From: a bacterium HR11
GTDB lineage: Bacteria; Acidobacteriota; HRBIN11
DNA: 64,000 nt
Reading direction: 5' to 3'
Assembly (NCBI GenBank): GCA_002898535.1
Contig: BEHN01000007.1
Span: 4,946 to 68,945 of the forward strand
Below are positions 1 through 9,071 of the stretch, piece after piece. The position numbers and the translations under genes were made by a program. Positions within the stretch are counted from its first letter, which is position 1; each line of letters opens with the position of its first letter. Below the pieces are notes generated by a model. That model was not told the DNA's origin. It did not search any database and saw only the letters and a list, made by a program, of their open reading frames with translations.

Positions 1-1692
1 ACGATAGAGGGCCCGGCTGTCGTGGAGTCGGTTCGCAATGAGGCCGTACCGGCCCGGTCCGAACTCACCCCCGATGGACGTTCCGTCGGCGAAATAAGCC
101 ATCTGCTCGGCGTACAGGGCATACACCGTATAAGGCGGGCCTATGCGCTCGTTGAGGAATTTATAAGCGGGATAGGCCGGTAAATGCCGGCTCAGATAGG
201 CTTCCCGTTCTTCCCGGCTCGTCGGTACGGGACCCTGTCGCCACACCCGACGCACGGCATAGAGTTCTGCCGGGGCCAAGAGGGTGAGTCCCAGGAGACC
301 CGAGACGACCGGTCCACGGATCCATGGGCCTATGGCAGGGAGTCCCAGCAGACAGCGTTCTAAGGCGGCGGCCGTCGCCAGACTGAGCAGGGGGAGCGCC
401 GGTACAAGAAAGCGGATCAGGGGCGCCGTGAAAAACCAGAAGAAAGTGTAGGCCAGAATCAGTCCGGACAGCCACCGCAGACGGGCGTCTCGCAGGCTCT
501 GCACGACCAGGATGGGTAGCCACAGGGAATAGACCGGTGACACCGGCGCTTCCATCCTCAAGCGGGACGGCTGGAAGGCAAGACGCCACGGTAAGAGAAG
601 CAAAGAAGCCGGCGTCTTTTCGATCCCGATCAAATCCCAAAGCCGAAATATGATTTGCACGTCCTCGGGGCTCAAACCGCCATAGCCGAAGACCCGGGTC
701 CCCAGGGGCAGGAAGGGATTTCCCGTCCACAAGAAATTCCGTAAGTACCAAGGAGCCGCCGTCGATAGGGCCGCCAACCCGAAGAGGCCGGGATAAGCCC
801 AGCGGCGCTCTCGGAAACCCACGCCGAGCGCGGCCAGGCCCAAAAGGCCCAGGAAAAAGAGTCCGTGGTACTTCGTGCCGGCGGCGAATCCGCTGTAAAC
901 CCCTGCCAGGGTCAGCCATCCCGCCTTCTTGTCCGATAGCCCGTTGCAGAAGGCATAGACGGCCAAAGTCGTAAATAGGGTCAGGCCGATGTCGATATAG
1001 GCGGTGCTCCCGAGCCACAGGGCCAGGGGATTGGACAGCCATAGCGCCGCGCCCCACAGGCCGACCCGTCCCGAGAAGACGCGCCGACCCCATGCATAGA
1101 CCGTTCCCGCCACGAGGAGGAGCATCAGGAACTCGACGACCTGAGCGGCAATGTCATCGTAGAACATGAGCATCAGCGTAAAAAGCATCTCATTCAGCTG
1201 GGGAAGCATGTTGAGCCGGACATGGGGGAAAAAGCCGATGGCATGATCCCGCACATAGAGCTTCGGGGCCGTCAGGTGGTACGCCGTGGCGTCGTAGGCC
1301 GTCGGCGGATACAAAGCCAAGAGGCTCATGAAGAGGAGGCACCCGCCGGCCAGCAGGCGTCCCAGCCCCGGCCTGAGTCGCCCGCTCCACCCCCGAAGCG
1401 CCGGGGTCAGCCTCTTGAATAGATCCCGCCAAACGGCATAACAAAGTCCCTGGGAAAGCAACAAGGCACCCAGGAGGACCCAGGGGTAGAGCCATCCCAC
1501 GACGCCGATGCCAAAGACCAGCAGGGCGATGACTCCAAGGCCCAGGGCCGTCGAGCAACTGACCTCTTCCCAGACGGACGCATAACGCCACGAGTAGGTG
1601 AGCCGCCGACCCAGGCCGTAGCCCACCCCACCGAGGGCGAGCCCTGCGCTGAGGTGGGTCACCAAAAACACCAGAAATCGGAAAGTCTCCAC
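1..1692 (-). CDS. polytopic integral membrane protein, GT-C-like glycosyltransferase family (ArnT/PMT/DUF2029-like); C-terminus runs off the window start
   Basis: Manual translation of the minus strand from GTG at 1692 (alternative TTG 1701) is stop-free to position 1 (>=563 codons): VETFRFLVFLVTHLSAGLALGG...YDATAYHLTAPKLYVRDHAIGFFPHVRLNMLPQ...FLMLLLVAGTVYAWG... Many hydrophobic helices are followed by a soluble C-terminal part. It is absent from the ORF track because there is no in-window stop. The listed ORFs 161..1093 and 1190..1699 are wrong-frame. Confidence 0.6.
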   Translation of the reverse strand, partial: METFRFLVFLVTHLSAGLALGGVGYGLGRRLTYSWRYASVWEEVSCSTALGLGVIALLVFGIGVVGWLYPWVLLGALLLSQGLCYAVWRDLFKRLTPALRGWSGRLRPGLGRLLAGGCLLFMSLLALYPPTAYDATAYHLTAPKLYVRDHAIGFFPHVRLNMLPQLNEMLFTLMLMFYDDIAAQVVEFLMLLLVAGTVYAWGRRVFSGRVGLWGAALWLSNPLALWLGSTAYIDIGLTLFTTLAVYAFCNGLSDKKAGWLTLAGVYSGFAAGTKYHGLFFLGLLGLAALGVGFRERRWAYPGLFGLAALSTAAPWYLRNFLWTGNPFLPLGTRVFGYGGLSPEDVQIIFRLWDLIGIEKTPASLLLLPWRLAFQPSRLRMEAPVSPVYSLWLPILVVQSLRDARLRWLSGLILAYTFFWFFTAPLIRFLVPALPLLSLATAAALERCLLGLPAIGPWIRGPVVSGLLGLTLLAPAELYAVRRVWRQGPVPTSREEREAYLSRHLPAYPAYKFLNERIGPPYTVYALYAEQMAYFADGTSIGGEFGPGRYGLIANRLHDSRALYR

Positions 1693-1744
1693 CTTGCACA
1701 AATCCGCTAAGATTGAATTGACTGGACGCTGTATTCCTGGAATC

Positions 1745-2036
1745 TTAACAGAGCCGTTCGTGCGGTGAGAAGTGAGATGGAGAGCGGAGAGGGCACCTCC
1801 ACGAAAGTACGATGCTTCAAGCATTCGGCCGATGGGCAGGTCGGCAGATAGGCAGGTGGGCCGATAGGCCGATGGGCAGGTCGGCAGGTCAGGCGACGGG
1901 CGTCTATCCCCGGCCCACCGGCCGACTGCCCATCTGCCCACCTGCCCATCTGCCGAATGCCTGAAACATCATGCTTTCGTGGAGATGCCCTTTCCGCTCT
2001 CCATCTCACTTCTCACCGCCCGAACGGCTCTGTTAC
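1745..2036. mobile_element. MITE-like palindromic element, family A copy 1 (terminal inverted repeats AACAGAGCCGTTCG...CGAACGGCTCTGTT, heptamer-repeat core)
   Basis: Inverted arms of about 100 bp (gtgcggtgagaagtgagatggagagcggagagggcacctccacgaaagtacgatgcttcaagcattcggc / gccgaatgcctgaaacatcatgctttcgtggagatgccctttccgctctccatctcacttctcaccgc) flank a GGCAGAT/GGCAGGT 7-mer core. The element is intergenic. Confidence 0.6.
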
Positions 2037-2234
2037 ATGCGTTTTGGGCCGGGGATGTCGTCGCCCGAAGTCTCATGAACCAACGTCTGGATGACCGCAT
2101 GACCGCGGGCGGGGGCTCGGCGACGCCGGCAGGACGGCCGGCATTTTGAGATACTATAGGACGGGGCGATCGCTACGGAATATGCGCCTCGGGTTTGCAT
2201 CCTGCATCTGCATCTTCCCTCCGGAGGGACACCT

Positions 2235-3005
2235 ATGACAAGCAAGTGGCTTCTGATCGGTGGACTCCTGGGGGTCCTCGGGGCGGTCCGAGCCGGGGCT
2301 GGCGAGACCGTCCGCTACCCGAGCGGCCCGGATACCGTCTCGGCGTACCTGGCCCGGCCCGAAGGAGACGGCCCTTTCCCGGCCCTCATCTTGATTCACG
2401 AGTGGTGGGGTCTCAACGACTGGGTCCGGGAAAATGCCGATGAATTCGCCCGTCGGGGTTACGTCGCCCTGGCCGTGGACCTCTACCGGGGACGGGTCAC
2501 TCAGGACCCGACGGAGGCGCGTGAGCTCTCCCGGGGTCTGCCCGAAGAGCGAGCCCTTCAGGACCTGAAGGCCGCCCTGGACTACCTTCAGGGCCGACCC
2601 GACGTCCGCAAAGACCGCATCGGCGTGACGGGGTGGTGTATGGGCGGGGGCTATGCCCTGCGGCTGGCCCTGGCGGACGCTCGGATCCGGGCTGTGAACA
2701 TCAACTACGGACGCCTCGTCTTCGACGAGGACCGCCTGCGGGGCCTTACGGCCGAACTCCTCGGCATCTTCGCGGAGCAGGACCGGGGGATTCCGCCGGC
2801 CGACGTCCAGAAGTTCGAGGGCCTGCTCCAACGGTTGGGCAAGAAGGCCGAAATTCACGTCTACCCCGGCGTCGGCCACGCCTTCATGACGGGCGTCCCG
2901 AGGAACATCGCTGTCGTCGGTCGGACCCTCACGCCCCGCGAGCAGGCGACCGTCGAGGCGTGGTCCCGCATCTTCGCCTTCTTTGACCGAACACTGAAGG
3001 AGTAA
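2235..3005 (+). CDS. dienelactone hydrolase family protein with N-terminal signal peptide
   Basis: 256 aa. The signal peptide is MTSKWLLIGGLLGVLGAVRAGAG. DLH motifs are present: ILIHEWWGLN, nucleophile GWCMGGGYAL, and HVYPGVGHAF near the C-terminus. Confidence 0.8.
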   Translation: MTSKWLLIGGLLGVLGAVRAGAGETVRYPSGPDTVSAYLARPEGDGPFPALILIHEWWGLNDWVRENADEFARRGYVALAVDLYRGRVTQDPTEARELSRGLPEERALQDLKAALDYLQGRPDVRKDRIGVTGWCMGGGYALRLALADARIRAVNINYGRLVFDEDRLRGLTAELLGIFAEQDRGIPPADVQKFEGLLQRLGKKAEIHVYPGVGHAFMTGVPRNIAVVGRTLTPREQATVEAWSRIFAFFDRTLKE

Positions 3006-3102
3006 GGCCCCGGGTACCGGGGACGTGTCATGAGTCACGCGCGACGAAGGGACCCTACGCCGTAAGCGGGGCCCAGACGCCGCCATCGCCGGCGGCGTCC
3101 CG

Positions 3103-3152
3103 ATCCCCATCTCCCGACCTGCCCATCTGCCGACCTGCCTGACTGCCTGACC
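3103..3152. repeat. fragment of the family-A heptamer core (CCCATCTGCCGACCTGCC...)
   Basis: Same 7-bp periodic unit (reverse complement of GGCAGATGGGCAGGTCGG) as in the MITE cores. Confidence 0.4.
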
Positions 3153-3159
3153 GTCCGAT

Positions 3160-3981
3160 TCACGGTCCCCCGCCCTGGATCGAGTAGGCGATCGTCAGGC
3201 TGAACAGGGCGTCGACGGGCTGGCCCCGGAGCGTCCCCGGCTTGAACCGCCACTGACGGACGCACTCGATGGCCGCCTGGTCGAGGACTCGGTCGACGGA
3301 CCGGACGACTCGAATCGGGCCGACCGTGCCGTCCCGCCGGACGACCAGGAGGAGGATGACGACGCCCTCGATGCGGTTGCGGCGGGCCTCCGGGGGGTAG
3401 ACGCACGGGACCTTCGAGATGGCGATGGGTGGCTCGCCCTCGCCGGGCCCGACGTGGACGCCGCCGAGGCCCGGGACCCCACCCAAAACGCCACCGGGCA
3501 CCCCACCGGGGACCCCGCCCGGGACGCCGCCGGGCACGCCGCCTTCGACGCCGCCCTCGACGCCCCAGACGGGGTCCCCCTCGAAAGTCCCGGCCAGTTC
3601 GTCGCCGGTCTCTGGACCCTCACTGTAGGGGACGATCACTTCGGGCGTGAACGCCGGGATGGCGATGGGGGCGACTTCCGGGGGCGGCGGCTCGGTCGGT
3701 CGAGGCCGGGCCGCCGACGGGGACGGTCCCGCCCGTCGGCCCGGCGGTGGGGGTGGCGGCGGCGGAGGCGGCGGGCCCAGCGTGCCCGTCCCGCCGATCA
3801 ACAGGGCCGGAACGGGCGGTTCGTCCAGATACTGGACCGACCACGCCGAAGCCAGGACCAGGGCGACGCCCAGCAGGACGTGCAGGCCGATGACCGGCGG
3901 GAACAGGGCCACCCGCCGGACGTCCCATCGCCGCCGTCGGGTGTCGATCAGGTCCTCGTGAAACCGTTTAGTCTGTAGCAT
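3160..3981 (-). CDS. tonB: TonB family protein (energy transducer)
   Basis: Start taken at M134 of ORF 3160..4380 (plus-strand CAT at 3979-3981). There is an N-terminal TM anchor, a Pro-rich spacer (PPPPPPPPPPP, GGVPGGVPGGVPGGV), and a C-terminal TonB domain ...EGVVILLLVVRRDGTVGPIRVVRSVDRVLDQAAIECVRQWRFKPGT. Confidence 0.75.
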   Translation of the reverse strand: MLQTKRFHEDLIDTRRRRWDVRRVALFPPVIGLHVLLGVALVLASAWSVQYLDEPPVPALLIGGTGTLGPPPPPPPPPPPGRRAGPSPSAARPRPTEPPPPEVAPIAIPAFTPEVIVPYSEGPETGDELAGTFEGDPVWGVEGGVEGGVPGGVPGGVPGGVPGGVLGGVPGLGGVHVGPGEGEPPIAISKVPCVYPPEARRNRIEGVVILLLVVRRDGTVGPIRVVRSVDRVLDQAAIECVRQWRFKPGTLRGQPVDALFSLTIAYSIQGGGP

Positions 3982-4145
3982 CTTCAGTGCCGGGCGCCGG
4001 GTCCCGGGGGAGGGACCGCGGCCCAGGATGCGAGTGCAGGACGCAAGATGACAGTCCCGGGTCCAGGATCGGCCGTTCGGCCGGCCGAATTCCCGATCCT
4101 GACGCCCGATATTCGGCACCCGGGACCGCCATCCTGCATCCCTAT

Positions 4146-7100
4146 TTATCTCAGTCCTTTCAGCTCCGTGGCCCGCTTCCACATATAGAATAAGACGGGA
4201 TAGACCAGGAGTTCCATCAGCAGGGACGACACGACGCCCCCGACCATCGGGGCCGCCATCCGTCGCCACACGTCGGCCCCGACGCCGCTGGCGAAGAGGA
4301 CGGGAATCAGCCCGGCCAGGATGGTCCCGACCGTCATCATCTTGGGCCGGACCCGCTGGACGGCGCCCTCCATGATACACTCGACGAAATCACTCAGCTT
4401 CTGGAGCCGACCCTCGGCTTGCCAGTGACGGTAGCTCAGGGTCAGGTACAACAGCATGACGACGCCCGTCTCGGCGTCCAGGCCGAGCAGGGCGATGATC
4501 CCCGTCCAGACGGCGACCGACAGGTTGTACTTCAGGAGGTATAACAGCCAGAAGGCCCCGATCAGCGAGAACGGCACGGCCAGCAGGACGATGGCCGTCT
4601 CGACGGCCGAGCGGGTATTCAAGTACAGAAGCAGGACGACGATGAAGAGCGTCAGGGGGACGACGAGCCGCATCCGCCGCCAGACCCGGGCCATGTACTC
4701 GTACTGGCCGGACCACTCGAGGCGGTAGCCCGGCGGGAGCTTCACGCTCGCCTGGACGACCCGCTTGGCCTCCTCGACGTAGCCCCCGACGTCCCGGCCC
4801 GTCATGTCGACGAACACGTAGCCGACGAGGTAACCCTCCTCGCTCTTGATCATGGACGGCCCGACGGCCCACCGGAGATCGGCGACGGCCGACAGGGGGA
4901 TCTGGGCGCCCGTCGGTGTGTCGATGAGGACCCGCTTGAGCTTTTCGACGTCGTCCCGCAGGCCCCGGCTATATCGGACCAGGACGGGATACCGCTCCCG
5001 CCCCTCGACGGTCGTCGTCACGTTCATGCCCCCGACGGCCGCCTGGAAGACGTTCTGGACGTCGGCGACGTTCAGCCCGTATCGGGCCGCCTCGGCTCGG
5101 TTCACGACGAGGTCGAGATAGTAGCCCTGGCCGACCCGTTCGGCGAACACGTTGCGGGTCCCGGGGACCCGCCGGAGGACGGTCTCGATTTCCCGGCCGA
5201 TGCGTTCAATCTCGTTCAAGTCCGTCCCGAAGACCTTGATGCCAATGGGTGTCCGGATACCCGTCGTCAGCATGTCGATGCGGTTCCGGATCGGCATCGT
5301 CCAGATGTTGCTGAGACCCGGAATCTGGAGGGCGTCGTTGAGGGCCTGCTGGAGTTTTTCGGGCGTCATCCCGGGCCGCCACTGGGACGGCGGCTTGAGC
5401 AGGATCGTCGTCTCGAACATCTCCAGGGGCGCCGGGTCGGTCGCCGTCTCGGCCCGGCCGGCCTTGCCGAAGACGAGGGCGACCTCCGGGAACTGCCGGA
5501 TGATACGGTCCGTCACCTGAAGGAGTTGGGTGACGGTCGTCACGGAGGCGCCCGGGATCGTCACGGGCATATAAAGGTATGACTCCTCCCACAGGGGCGG
5601 CATGAATTCTTTGCCCAACTGGCGGAAGGCCCAGACGGCCGAGACCATCAGGGCCAAGACGACGGCCAGGACGGCCCATCGGTGCCGCAGGCCGAACCGC
5701 AGGGTCGGCTCATACACCCGGTGAAGGAATCGGCTGACGGGATTCCGTTCCTCGGGTCGAATCTTCCCCCGGATGAAAGCGACCATCATGACCGGCGTCA
5801 GGGTGATGGCCACGAAGGAGGCGAACAGCATCGAGAACGTCTTCGTGTACGCCAGGGGCTTGAACAGCCGGCCCTCCTGGGCTTCCAGCGTGAAGATCGG
5901 CAGAAAGCTGACCGTGATGACCAGGAGCGCAAAGAACAGACTCGGCCCGACCTCCTGGGCCGCCCGGACGATGACGGCCGCCCGCGGCTCCGGCCGGCCC
6001 CGGCGCTCCCACTCCTCGAGCCGCTTGTGGGCCTGCTCGACCATGATGATGGCCGAATCGACCATCGCCCCGATGGCGATGGCGATGCCGCCCAGGGACA
6101 TCACGTTGGCCGAAATGTTCAGATGGTACATGGCGATGAAGCCCATCAGGACGGCGACGGGCAGGACCGTGATGATGACGAAGGCGCTCGGCAGGTGAAG
6201 GAGAAAGACGAGACACACGGCCGACACGACGACCGAAATCTTGAGGAGCTCGTCGGTCAGCGTGGCGATGGCCTTGTGGATGAGGTCGCTCCGGTCGTAG
6301 GTGACGACGACCTCGACGCCGGGCGGGAGGCTCGGCCGGAGCTCGGCGAGCTTCCGCTTGACCCGCTCGACGACCTCCAGGACGTTCTGGCCGTACCGGA
6401 CGACGACGATGCCGCCGACGACCTCGCCCTCGCCGTTGAGCTCGGCGACGCCCCGCCGGATTTCCGGCCCGAACTGGACCGCCCCGAGGTCCCGAAGCCG
6501 GACGGGCACGCCGGCGTCGTTGACCTTGACGACGACCTCCTCCAGGTCCCGCAGGCTCTGGACGTAGCCCCGGGCCCGGATCATGTACTCCCGCCCGCCG
6601 ACCTCTAAGACCCGGGCCCCCGTCTCCCGGTTCGAGTTCCGGATGGCCTCCATGACGGTCTCAAGGGAAACCCGGTAGGCCAGGAGCTTGTTGGGGTCCA
6701 GCGTGACCTGATACTGGCGGACGAAGCCCCCGAGGCTGGCGACCTCGGCGACGCCCGGGACGCTTTCGAGGGCATACTTGACGTAGAAGTCCTGAAGCGT
6801 CCGGAGCTGGGCCAGGTCGTGGCGGCCCGTGCGGTCGACGAGGGCGTACATGAAGCCCCAGCCAAGGCCCGTCGCGTCGGGGCCCAGGCGGGGTTCGACG
6901 CCCGGTGGGAGCTTCTGGCGGACCGTCTGGAGGTATTCGAGCGTCCGGCTTCGGGCCCAGTAGATGTCGGTCCCCTTTTCGAAGATGACGTACACGAAGG
7001 AGACCCCAAAGAAGGAAAAGCCCCGGACGACCTGGACCCGTGGGGCCGCCAGGAACGTCGTCACGATGGGATAGGTCACCTGGTCCTCGATGACCGAAGG

Positions 7101-7271
7101 GTTCTGCTCGGGCCACTCCGTGTAGATGATGACCTGGGGGTCCGACAGGTCCGGGATGGCGTCCAGGGGGACGTGGCCGACGGCATAAATACCCCACAGG
7201 ACGGCCGCCAGCGTCCCCAGCAGGACGAGGCCCGGATTCCTGGCGCTCCATTCGATGATGCGGGCGATCAT
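4146..7271 (-). CDS. cusA: CusA/CzcA-family heavy-metal efflux RND transporter
   Basis: About 1041 aa from MIARIIEWSARNPGLVLLGTLAAVLWGIYAVGHVPLDAIPDLSDPQVIIYTEWPEQNPSVIEDQVTYP..., the canonical HME-RND N-terminus. The protein has 12-TM topology with two large periplasmic loops. Confidence 0.9.
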   Translation of the reverse strand: MIARIIEWSARNPGLVLLGTLAAVLWGIYAVGHVPLDAIPDLSDPQVIIYTEWPEQNPSVIEDQVTYPIVTTFLAAPRVQVVRGFSFFGVSFVYVIFEKGTDIYWARSRTLEYLQTVRQKLPPGVEPRLGPDATGLGWGFMYALVDRTGRHDLAQLRTLQDFYVKYALESVPGVAEVASLGGFVRQYQVTLDPNKLLAYRVSLETVMEAIRNSNRETGARVLEVGGREYMIRARGYVQSLRDLEEVVVKVNDAGVPVRLRDLGAVQFGPEIRRGVAELNGEGEVVGGIVVVRYGQNVLEVVERVKRKLAELRPSLPPGVEVVVTYDRSDLIHKAIATLTDELLKISVVVSAVCLVFLLHLPSAFVIITVLPVAVLMGFIAMYHLNISANVMSLGGIAIAIGAMVDSAIIMVEQAHKRLEEWERRGRPEPRAAVIVRAAQEVGPSLFFALLVITVSFLPIFTLEAQEGRLFKPLAYTKTFSMLFASFVAITLTPVMMVAFIRGKIRPEERNPVSRFLHRVYEPTLRFGLRHRWAVLAVVLALMVSAVWAFRQLGKEFMPPLWEESYLYMPVTIPGASVTTVTQLLQVTDRIIRQFPEVALVFGKAGRAETATDPAPLEMFETTILLKPPSQWRPGMTPEKLQQALNDALQIPGLSNIWTMPIRNRIDMLTTGIRTPIGIKVFGTDLNEIERIGREIETVLRRVPGTRNVFAERVGQGYYLDLVVNRAEAARYGLNVADVQNVFQAAVGGMNVTTTVEGRERYPVLVRYSRGLRDDVEKLKRVLIDTPTGAQIPLSAVADLRWAVGPSMIKSEEGYLVGYVFVDMTGRDVGGYVEEAKRVVQASVKLPPGYRLEWSGQYEYMARVWRRMRLVVPLTLFIVVLLLYLNTRSAVETAIVLLAVPFSLIGAFWLLYLLKYNLSVAVWTGIIALLGLDAETGVVMLLYLTLSYRHWQAEGRLQKLSDFVECIMEGAVQRVRPKMMTVGTILAGLIPVLFASGVGADVWRRMAAPMVGGVVSSLLMELLVYPVLFYMWKRATELKGLR

Positions 7272-7311
7272 GACAGTCCTCCGGAATGCAGGATGCAAGA
7301 TGCAGGACGGC

Positions 7312-7577
7312 TATCAGAGCCGTTCGGTTGGTGAAAACCCGCATGGATTCGGCTTTTTCGACCCTTCGGGAGGGACGGTTTTCAAGCTTTGGCAGATAGG
7401 CAGTTCGGCAGATGGGCAGATGGTCCCAAAAGCCCTGGGGCTGATCCTTGCCCACCCGGCTTCTATCTGCCTATCTGCCGACCTGCCCATCGGCCGGATG
7501 CTTGAAAAATCGTGCTTCCCGGGCGGTGGGAAAGGTTGATTTGACGCCATTCTCACGGACCGAACCGCTCTGTTAAG
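7312..7577. mobile_element. MITE-like palindromic element, family A copy 2, in the cusB-cusA intergenic space
   Basis: TCAGAGCCGTTCGG at the left end and CCGAACCGCTCTGTTAA at the right end, with GGCAGAT/GGCAGTT/GGCAGATGG 7-mer core and CCCCAGGGCTTTTGGGACC motif. It is the reverse orientation of the copy at 25476..25734. Confidence 0.65.
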
Positions 7578-7594
7578 TCCCCATCCCGCATCCC

Positions 7595-8911
7595 TCATCG
7601 GCCGTGTTCCCCGTGCGCCGTGAAGGCCTCCAACGCTGCCTTGAGTTGGCTCTCCGAGTCGATCAGGAACTGGGCCGACGTCACGACGACGTCGCCCTCC
7701 TGGAGGCCCTCGAGGACCACGTACCCGTCCTCGACCCGTGCGCCGGTGCGAATCGGCCGGGGCTCAAAGTAGTGGCCCTCCCGGACGACGAAGACGTACT
7801 GACGGACGCCCGTATCGATGACGGCCTCGGCCGGGACGACGAGTCGTTCGCCCAGGTCCCGCTGGAGCTCGGCGTCCACGTACATGCCGGGCTTCAGGAC
7901 GTAGCCCGGGTTCGGTAGGCTCAACCGGACCTTGACGGTCCGGGTCTGGGGGTCCACGTCGGGATAGACGTAGTCGACGACGCCCGTCCACGCCCGATCC
8001 GGATAACTCCGGGCCGTAACGCGGACGGGCTGGCCGACCTGGACGAATTCCAGGTCCGACTCGTACACGACGATCTGGACCCACACCCGCCGGAGGTCGG
8101 CGATCTTGTAAATTTCCATCTCGGGTGTGACGTACATCCCGTGGCGGACGTTAAGGTCCATGACATAGCCGGTCATGTCGGTCCGGATATGGACGACCTC
8201 GGCGGGCTGGCGGGTCCGCTCGAGGCGATCGATCTCGTCCGGCGGGATGTCCCACAGACGGAGGCGCTGGACGGCGTCCCGGACGGCCTGCTCGGCCTGC
8301 CGACGGGCCTCGGGGTCGGCGTCCTGGAGGCTGTCCCGCAAACGCAGGGCCAGCACATACTCCTGCTCGGTCGCCAGGACGTCGGGACTGTAGATGTCCA
8401 AGACGGGCTGGCCCTTCTGGACGAACTGCCCGGCGAAGCTGACGTACACGTGGCGGACCCAGCCGGAGATACGGGTGTGGATGTGATGAATCAGGGTCTC
8501 ATCGACGGCGACGATCCCGACCGTCCGGAGGACCTTTCGGACGGGACGTCGGACGACGGGACCCGTGCGGACGCCGATGAGTTGCTGACGGGCCGGGGAA
8601 ATGTAGACGGCCCCGGGCGCTTCCCCGGGACCGGCCTCGTCGGCATACTTGGGGACGAGGTCCATCCCGCAGTCGGGCGCCTTCCCCGGCTTGTCGGACC
8701 GAATCCACGGATGCATCGGGTCGTACCAGTACAGGATTTTCCGCTCCCCCGGGGCTGTCGGACCGGCCCCATGACCCGCATGGAGCCCCGGGGACGCCTG
8801 GGGTCCCTCCGGAGCCTTCCGGCCCCATCGGCCGTAGAACCCCACGGCCGCGGCGATGGCCACCAGGACCCCCAATCCGATGACGCCGTATATCCACCGT
8901 CGGATCCGCAT
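7595..8911 (-). CDS. cusB: efflux RND periplasmic adaptor, CusB/SilB-like
   Basis: 438 aa. There is an N-terminal TM segment. The CusB-type N-terminal metal-binding region is KILYWYDPMHPWIRSDKPGKAPDCGMDLVPKY. A beta-barrel / membrane-proximal HlyD-like domain follows. Confidence 0.85.
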   Translation of the reverse strand: MRIRRWIYGVIGLGVLVAIAAAVGFYGRWGRKAPEGPQASPGLHAGHGAGPTAPGERKILYWYDPMHPWIRSDKPGKAPDCGMDLVPKYADEAGPGEAPGAVYISPARQQLIGVRTGPVVRRPVRKVLRTVGIVAVDETLIHHIHTRISGWVRHVYVSFAGQFVQKGQPVLDIYSPDVLATEQEYVLALRLRDSLQDADPEARRQAEQAVRDAVQRLRLWDIPPDEIDRLERTRQPAEVVHIRTDMTGYVMDLNVRHGMYVTPEMEIYKIADLRRVWVQIVVYESDLEFVQVGQPVRVTARSYPDRAWTGVVDYVYPDVDPQTRTVKVRLSLPNPGYVLKPGMYVDAELQRDLGERLVVPAEAVIDTGVRQYVFVVREGHYFEPRPIRTGARVEDGYVVLEGLQEGDVVVTSAQFLIDSESQLKAALEAFTAHGEHGR

Positions 8912-8924
8912 GACTTTCTTCTCC

Positions 8925-9071
8925 GAGTTCGGGAGTTCGGGAACCCGGGAATTCGGGGGTTCGGGAACTTCAAAGCCTGAGCGTCCCGTCGTCGGAGGCC
9001 CGCTCTGTCGAAGTGCCCGGTACCTGGTCCCCCGCCTCCCGAACTGCCGGACTCCCGAATTCCCGAATTGC
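8925..9071. repeat. palindromic heptamer-repeat element, family B (GGGAATTCGGG / CCCGAATTCCC type), in the cusC-cusB intergenic space
   Basis: Left arm GAGTTCGGGAGTTCGGGAACCCGGGAATTCGGGGGTTCGGGAAC, right arm CCTCCCGAACTGCCGGACTCCCGAATTCCCGAATTGCC. Confidence 0.6.

Noticed and set aside
161-1699. ORF-track entries 161..1093 and 1190..1699 as genes.
   Set aside because: Wrong-frame artefacts. A third minus-strand frame gives a continuous, hydrophobic, GT-C-like membrane protein across 1..1692.
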